From: a virus
Taxonomy: Duplodnaviria; Caudoviricetes
IMG/VR virus record: IMGVR_UViG_3300002026_000014
Span: 1 to 64,000 of that record
Reading direction: 5' to 3' (one strand)
DNA: 64,000 bases
The notes beneath the pieces were generated by a model. It saw nothing but the letters and a program-made list of their open reading frames with translations, made no database searches and had not been told where the DNA came from. Position numbers and translations under genes: made by a program. Below are positions 58,699-64,000 of the stretch, piece after piece (the first letter of the stretch is position 1; the number at the start of each line of letters is the position of its first letter).

Positions 58699-60861
58699 AT
58701 GATGGCTACTGAGAAAATAAAATTACTTAAAGGAAGTTATATCGACGCATTAGCTGAAGATATACTATCGCAAAGACCTCCTGCTGATGAAATACCTGGC
58801 GGTATGCCAAGAGACGATGAGTGGAGAAAACAGTCTTTCATTACTAGTGATGGTTCATGGGTAAACAATGTATTCGTGGTATCTGTTAATTTAGAGGCTA
58901 CAGATGAAATAAATAGAAATTTCTCCACAGCTACATTCAAATATACGGACTCCAGTTTAGGTGGAAATTTTCACATTAACCCACCACCGCAGTTTACTCG
59001 ATATGCTGACATTAGGCATAAAGGTATCAAAAAAGAATCAGTATATAGTGGTTTAGATTATTCATCTAAAGATGGTGGTATGGGTAGATACTACTCAGAG
59101 GCAATCGATGACAATGGTCAAGTGATACACCTTCGATTTGGCGTGCCTCAATATAATTCACTAACACAATTTTTTACAGGTTTTTATAATAGCTCAGCTT
59201 CTAATTTAGCCAGAACAGGTAGATTAGACCAAAGTTTAATTTCTAAATTTTTAGAAATGGCTGGAAACGTAATTGCGATAGCACTTTTACCATTACTGAT
59301 TGTACCCGTAGGTATGATCATGCTAGGTTCAGCTATTCGTTTCGCTATGAAATGGCCTAGTAGTAAATTTTATTATTTGAAACCAGCGATGCCGATGTAT
59401 TGGGAAGCGGTTTCGTCAATGGTGAATCAAATCGGTGTAAATAAAGGTATGATACATTATACTGCTGCCGACGATACCAGTATGATAAATCAGAAACATA
59501 AATATACAGATGCCGATTATAGTATTTTTCATTCAATATTTCCAGAATTTAATAAGAGCGGTTTAATAGACGTATACGCCATTGCAAATAAATCAAAGAG
59601 ATTAGAGATGAGGCATCGCGTAGCTATGCAAGATCTTTATAATTCTTTTGCAGCAACCGGTAACACCGATCCAGAGGCCTGGTATGGTAAAGTAAGAAAC
59701 TTTATGGACGCACAAGGGGATTATTTGGATAGACCAAGTAAAGGTGAAGGCACCACATTCTCATTAGAAGCCTATTTGACTAGATGGATAAGTGCTAATA
59801 TTTTAGGTAAATCTAAAGATAAAGATGGTAAAGCTCCAACAGAAAAAGGTGTTCGTCAAAGTGCTGAATCAAAAACACAAGCCTCAGCAGATGCAGCCGC
59901 TGCACCTTATAAAGCTGAAGAGGAACCAGATGAAAATGCACTGATATTCTTTGTAGCTGAACAAGCAGATGGTTCACAATGGGCATCTTTTAAGGTAGAT
60001 TACACTGGACCTGCAAATGAAGCATTTAATAACTCTGTAGGTGAATCGACATTAGCTCAAAAACTTAACAGTTTTTCTAATAATGCACGAAATATCAAAA
60101 TCAATTTTGCTGATGGTAATATTGATGGCATGGGTGCCATCAAAGGAATTGTGGATGCCGCTGGATCAATTTTACAAAACACTGCAGACTTTCTACAGAT
60201 AGGTGGATTAGCTGCTTTTGCTGGTAATGCAATTGTTGATATTCCTAAACATTGGGAGTCTGCGTCAGCCCAATTAACCAAAGCTAATTACACCATTACA
60301 CTAATCAGCCCTTACGGAAATCCAGTATCCCAAATGTTCAGTATATACATGCCACTATGTATGTTGTTAGCTGGAGCATTACCGTTATCAACTGGTAAAC
60401 AATCATACACATCTCCTTTCATGTGCGAGCTATACGACAGAGGTAGGGTGATTACTAAGTTAGGTATAATAGACAGTTTAACAATACAAAGAGGTACAGC
60501 TAATTTAGGATTTAACAATGAAGGTCAACCAATGGCGATTGAAGTGAGTTTTAGCGTATTAGACATGTCTACTATCATGTCCATGCCAATTAGCCAAGGA
60601 TTTAGTTTAATACCTAAAGATGGTTTATTTGACGACGAAAATGCATTCAGTAGTTATTTGATGACACTCTCATCTTTGAGTTTGAGAGACTCTGAACAAA
60701 GATGGCCTATACTTAAAAATCAGGTAGCTAAAATTATGGCTGATGCCGAGCAATTTTTCACTGCCTCAAACTTTACACAGTATGCAGCTAATCTACCAGG
60801 TGTTAATCTTTTATCCAGTTTATTCCGTGGAGCTGGAGCGAGACCAACTATAGCCGAATAG
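58699..60861 (+). CDS. Conserved phiKZ-like tail/baseplate protein (gp182-like)
   Basis: FKYTDSSLGGNFHINPPPQFTRYADIR; IHLRFGVPQYNSLTQFF; IDIPKHWES; follows the tape measure. Confidence 0.75.
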   Translation: MMATEKIKLLKGSYIDALAEDILSQRPPADEIPGGMPRDDEWRKQSFITSDGSWVNNVFVVSVNLEATDEINRNFSTATFKYTDSSLGGNFHINPPPQFTRYADIRHKGIKKESVYSGLDYSSKDGGMGRYYSEAIDDNGQVIHLRFGVPQYNSLTQFFTGFYNSSASNLARTGRLDQSLISKFLEMAGNVIAIALLPLLIVPVGMIMLGSAIRFAMKWPSSKFYYLKPAMPMYWEAVSSMVNQIGVNKGMIHYTAADDTSMINQKHKYTDADYSIFHSIFPEFNKSGLIDVYAIANKSKRLEMRHRVAMQDLYNSFAATGNTDPEAWYGKVRNFMDAQGDYLDRPSKGEGTTFSLEAYLTRWISANILGKSKDKDGKAPTEKGVRQSAESKTQASADAAAAPYKAEEEPDENALIFFVAEQADGSQWASFKVDYTGPANEAFNNSVGESTLAQKLNSFSNNARNIKINFADGNIDGMGAIKGIVDAAGSILQNTADFLQIGGLAAFAGNAIVDIPKHWESASAQLTKANYTITLISPYGNPVSQMFSIYMPLCMLLAGALPLSTGKQSYTSPFMCELYDRGRVITKLGIIDSLTIQRGTANLGFNNEGQPMAIEVSFSVLDMSTIMSMPISQGFSLIPKDGLFDDENAFSSYLMTLSSLSLRDSEQRWPILKNQVAKIMADAEQFFTASNFTQYAANLPGVNLLSSLFRGAGARPTIAE

Positions 60862-60887
60862 AGTTTCATTTACTAACAATAAACAAC

Positions 60888-60924
60888 ATAATACATATAC
60901 TCTTTTATGGAGTATATGTATTAT
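60888..60924. terminator. 15-bp stem between convergent genes
   Basis: ataatacatatactc-ttttatg-gagtatatgtattat. Confidence 0.8.
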
Positions 60925-60931
60925 TGTTTGT

Positions 60932-62209
60932 TTAATCTTCTAACCACATTTCTCTACTACCTATTTCTCTTCTTCTTAAAAAAGATTCATATGAGTTAGA
61001 TGTATAATCATCTTCTAACCACATTTCTCTGCTACCTAACTCTCTTCTCCTTAAATACGACTCATATGGCGTTGGAGTGTAATCAGGTTCAATGGCGGCT
61101 ACTAGCGGGAAATTTGCTTTAATCTCTGATTGAGTGTCAGTGCCTTTGTAATCAGATGCTAAGCACATATATTTATCACTGCTAGTATTAATAGAGTTAT
61201 TAAAATTATCAGGATCATCTGTATTTATTACATTATATTCGCTAGTAGCATACATGTTTTGCATATCTAAAAAATCTGGACTAGCGTTACTTATGTAAGA
61301 TGCATCTAATGACACATCTGTGTCTGATCTTCTGCAAATACCCCAGTCAGGATCTATCTTAGGTAGCGAAGATTTAATCACGCCATAATCTCTGATTATA
61401 TCTTCCGTAGTAGCAAATGGCGGTTTAACATATTTTGAAGTAAATTCACCTGCAAAATCAGGAGAATACTTAGTAATGTCTCTAGCTGTTTTGCCATTGG
61501 CCATTTGTTCTAATAGCGATACATCACTATTTTTAATTAAATCCGGTATTAGATTTTTTGTAATACCACCTAGCATTTTCTGATCTTGTATACAATTAAC
61601 TATTCCTGAGAAAGGATTAGGTATGCCTAATCCAGAGGCTTCTCTAATTAAGTTACTGATCAAGTTTGTTAATCCGGCTAAATCTTTAAATATCAAAGGT
61701 AGCGTGTTATTACAAGCTAAACTATTTAGCATAGTACCTAAACCGTTGAGCGTCTGTAAATTTGCATTTACTATTGTTTTAGATATACCGCCGACAGTAG
61801 CTACTACGTTGTTGTATTTATTTATCTCACCTCTTGCTCCGCGATATATATCTTGAACAGGTGCAGTTACGTTATTTACTTTTAATAACTTAGATTGTAG
61901 ATCTTCTGGTAGACTCTTTAAGCCACTCATTAAATCGCTATTAGCTGATATAATTCCTTTTAAGAGACTATCTGGATTTAATTCTAAACCGTCACCCTTT
62001 TTACACATCCCTAGAGCTGTCTCTTTAGGTGCAAAAGCATCGAGTAAATTACCACCCTTAACACCTTTCATTGGATCGCCTGATGCAGCGTCACTGTTTC
62101 CAGGGTCCATGTTAACGGGTATAGAATCTTCTTTAGTATACGCGTCAACTGTCGCTACTTCATCTTTGGGTCCAGCATGAAATGTTGTATCTGTTAGTCT
62201 AGATCTCAC
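60932..62209 (-). CDS. Putative virion protein (probable GTG start at 62209) with duplicated C-terminal 25-mer
   Basis: AAGGA before GTG 62209; the annotated ATG 62260 lies inside a palindrome; ends DYTPTPYESYLRRRELGSREMWLED-DYTSNSYESFLRRREIGSREMWLED. Confidence 0.65.
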   Translation of the reverse strand: MRSRLTDTTFHAGPKDEVATVDAYTKEDSIPVNMDPGNSDAASGDPMKGVKGGNLLDAFAPKETALGMCKKGDGLELNPDSLLKGIISANSDLMSGLKSLPEDLQSKLLKVNNVTAPVQDIYRGARGEINKYNNVVATVGGISKTIVNANLQTLNGLGTMLNSLACNNTLPLIFKDLAGLTNLISNLIREASGLGIPNPFSGIVNCIQDQKMLGGITKNLIPDLIKNSDVSLLEQMANGKTARDITKYSPDFAGEFTSKYVKPPFATTEDIIRDYGVIKSSLPKIDPDWGICRRSDTDVSLDASYISNASPDFLDMQNMYATSEYNVINTDDPDNFNNSINTSSDKYMCLASDYKGTDTQSEIKANFPLVAAIEPDYTPTPYESYLRRRELGSREMWLEDDYTSNSYESFLRRREIGSREMWLED

Positions 62210-62249
62210 GATGTTTCCTTTAAAAACAAAAAATAAATATATATCGTTA

Positions 62250-62276
62250 TTGCATACCATTTAAAATGGTATGCAA
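62250..62276. repeat. 13-bp arm palindrome, 1-nt centre
   Basis: ttgcataccattt-a-aaatggtatgcaa. Confidence 0.85.
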
Positions 62277-62292
62277 AAAACGAATATTTATT

Positions 62293-63246
62293 TTATTTGA
62301 AATTCAAATTCTCTAAGAAACTAAAATCTGGCAGAAGATTTTTGTTTTCAGTTTCTTTGATTCTTTTCAGAGTAGAACGAATTTCATCAATTACTGCACA
62401 ATACCAAATTGCTTCAGGTGTGGATTTTTTCTGATTAAACTCACCGAAATAAAAGTAATTTTTAAACGGCAATGTAGATTTAATAAGATCATCAATTGCA
62501 TGTTCATTCATGTTTACTTTGATCCATGTAGCATCAGCAATGATGATTCTAAAGCCGTCCACAGTACGCATGCTGTGCTGCTTGGCTTCCCTTCTGCATT
62601 CACCACCGTAAAGATATCTAAAGCAATCTGCATCGTCTGAGCATTTTACAAAATACCATAGACCACCTACTGATTCGAAACCACCTAGCTCTGGATGAAA
62701 GAATGGTGCATATGCGTTGATGTCCAAAAACCTACCCAAAGGTGTAGCACCCCAATCAGAAATATTAATGTGATCTACACCATCTACTTCTTTAGCAAGA
62801 CTAGTTCCTTTAAATGCTTTTTCTAGGTAAGGCGTAGCTTGGCGAACTGGTGGTGCGTAAGGTTTACTTTTTGGAATTTTTGGTTTATCAGCTTTAACAT
62901 TTTTCGGTTTACTGAATTTATTAATAAGTTCCCCTACTTTAGGATTACTTTGAAGATCATCACTTTTTTGTTCAATTTTATCCCCGTGAACAGTATATTT
63001 CTGTTCGGAAATATGAAGATTTGGTTTACCTAGTAAAATACTATCTTCTTCAGTTACAGAATGTTCTTCAAATGCTTTCAATAATTCTTCAGCACTAGAA
63101 ATAGTTGGAGTGGGGGATTGATCTTCAATTTGATTTGATAATTCTTGTGACATAGAGCGGTATTGTACAATAGGAGTACCTTCAACTAATTGAATTTGCT
63201 CAGCAGTATCATCCGATGAAATAATTTGATCTAAAGTGTTTTCCAT
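62293..63246 (-). CDS. Jumbo-phage protein, possible NADAR-like C-terminal domain
   Basis: DGVDHINI..GATPLGRFL...PFFHPELGGFESVGGLWY; low-complexity N-terminus. Confidence 0.5.
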   Translation of the reverse strand: MENTLDQIISSDDTAEQIQLVEGTPIVQYRSMSQELSNQIEDQSPTPTISSAEELLKAFEEHSVTEEDSILLGKPNLHISEQKYTVHGDKIEQKSDDLQSNPKVGELINKFSKPKNVKADKPKIPKSKPYAPPVRQATPYLEKAFKGTSLAKEVDGVDHINISDWGATPLGRFLDINAYAPFFHPELGGFESVGGLWYFVKCSDDADCFRYLYGGECRREAKQHSMRTVDGFRIIIADATWIKVNMNEHAIDDLIKSTLPFKNYFYFGEFNQKKSTPEAIWYCAVIDEIRSTLKRIKETENKNLLPDFSFLENLNFK

Positions 63247-63249
63247 TTT

Positions 63250-63768
63250 TTACTCTTGGTTTGACAAATACAACAAATAAACGACAACGATGTGTTTATT
63301 ATTAATTAAAAAATCCCTAAGGTGATTTCTATTTTTTGTTTTTAAATATTTTCTCCACCATACTTTCTGAATATTTAATTCTTCAAATATGTTACTAGGG
63401 CAAGATTGTGCTATGCTTAAAGGTATGATATTTTTATCAGTATCAATACCATCTATAGTTAGTCCGTCCTCTAGATTAGAAATTAATTTTTCTAAAAAAT
63501 CTGCATCGCCTATCAATGTATAAAATCTAAAAGACAAATCTAAAATAAACTGAGTTATAACCGAGTCATTAAAAATGCTATCATTTAAAGATTGCATTTT
63601 ATCAGGTCTCATTGAATAACACGGTATCATTAAAGATATTTGTTCTATAAAAGATTCTACCACATTTTTTTCAGTATCGGTACATTTAACAATCACAGAA
63701 TCATAACACTCTATAAATTGATTTAATGTATCTCTCATCTCACTTGAAGTCAACCTTTTTATCATCAA
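63250..63768 (-). CDS. Hypothetical protein
   Basis: 172-aa ORF in an operon-like arrangement. Confidence 0.6.
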   Translation of the reverse strand: MMIKRLTSSEMRDTLNQFIECYDSVIVKCTDTEKNVVESFIEQISLMIPCYSMRPDKMQSLNDSIFNDSVITQFILDLSFRFYTLIGDADFLEKLISNLEDGLTIDGIDTDKNIIPLSIAQSCPSNIFEELNIQKVWWRKYLKTKNRNHLRDFLINNKHIVVVYLLYLSNQE

Positions 63769-64000
63769 TAACCTCTTCTATATTTTGATCGTCTTCATCT
63801 CCATCAAACATTTCAACGCTACTAGATAAATCTATAGAGTGATCTAGCACATAGTGCTTTCCAGAATTCGTAGTTAACTCTAATGTAATTTTCAAGTGCT
63901 TCATCTTCAAGACTTTTAATCCTTTAACAAACACTTTAAAAGTCATTTCTTTTTTCTCGAATTCCCTTCTAAGATTGCCCCTAGTAAATAGTTTTGCTAC
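63740..64000 (-). CDS. 5'-partial hypothetical protein (extends beyond the window)
   Basis: Frame is open to base 64000: VAKLFTRGNLRREFEKKE-MTFKVFVKGL... Confidence 0.65.
   Translation of the reverse strand, partial: VAKLFTRGNLRREFEKKEMTFKVFVKGLKVLKMKHLKITLELTTNSGKHYVLDHSIDLSSSVEMFDGDEDDQNIEEVIDDKKVDFK

Noticed and set aside
1-64000. Stop-codon reassignment or tRNA genes
   Set aside because: Genes tile densely under the standard code, with TAA, TAG and TGA all used as stops; no cloverleaf with T-loop/D-loop signatures recognised (a tRNAscan run would confirm)

Overview
A 64-kb, AT-rich segment of a phiKZ-like (Chimalliviridae-type) jumbo phage; standard genetic code, no tRNA, rRNA or CRISPR seen. 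The conserved core is recognisable: large terminase, gp26-28-like virion proteins, tail sheath and tube, prohead protease, an internal head protein, two virion RNA polymerase subunits (beta-like and NADFDGD-bearing beta'-like), a 3177-aa tape measure/tail lysin and a gp182-like protein. Between terL and the gp26-like gene lies a ~22-kb all-minus-strand accessory island of fibre and adhesin genes. Best candidate for an undescribed system: an O2-dependent virion-fibre modification pathway. It comprises a collagen-type prolyl 4-hydroxylase flanked by three di-iron hemerythrins, a ~750-aa collagen fibre, and a GT60 (Skp1-hydroxyproline/mucin-type) GlcNAc transferase after the tail tube gene. Other highlights: (1) a probable +1 frameshift at UUU_CGU_UGA adding a Trp-heptad tail to an Ala-rich fibre; (2) a non-AUG start for the GT60 gene; (3) an S74 autocleavage domain buried inside the tape measure; (4) a three-gene beta-propeller tip cassette with shared DNA ends; (5) an unannotated 42-aa gene; (6) many long intergenic palindromes, several ending in TATG. 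All family assignments come from motif recognition by eye and need HMM or structure confirmation.
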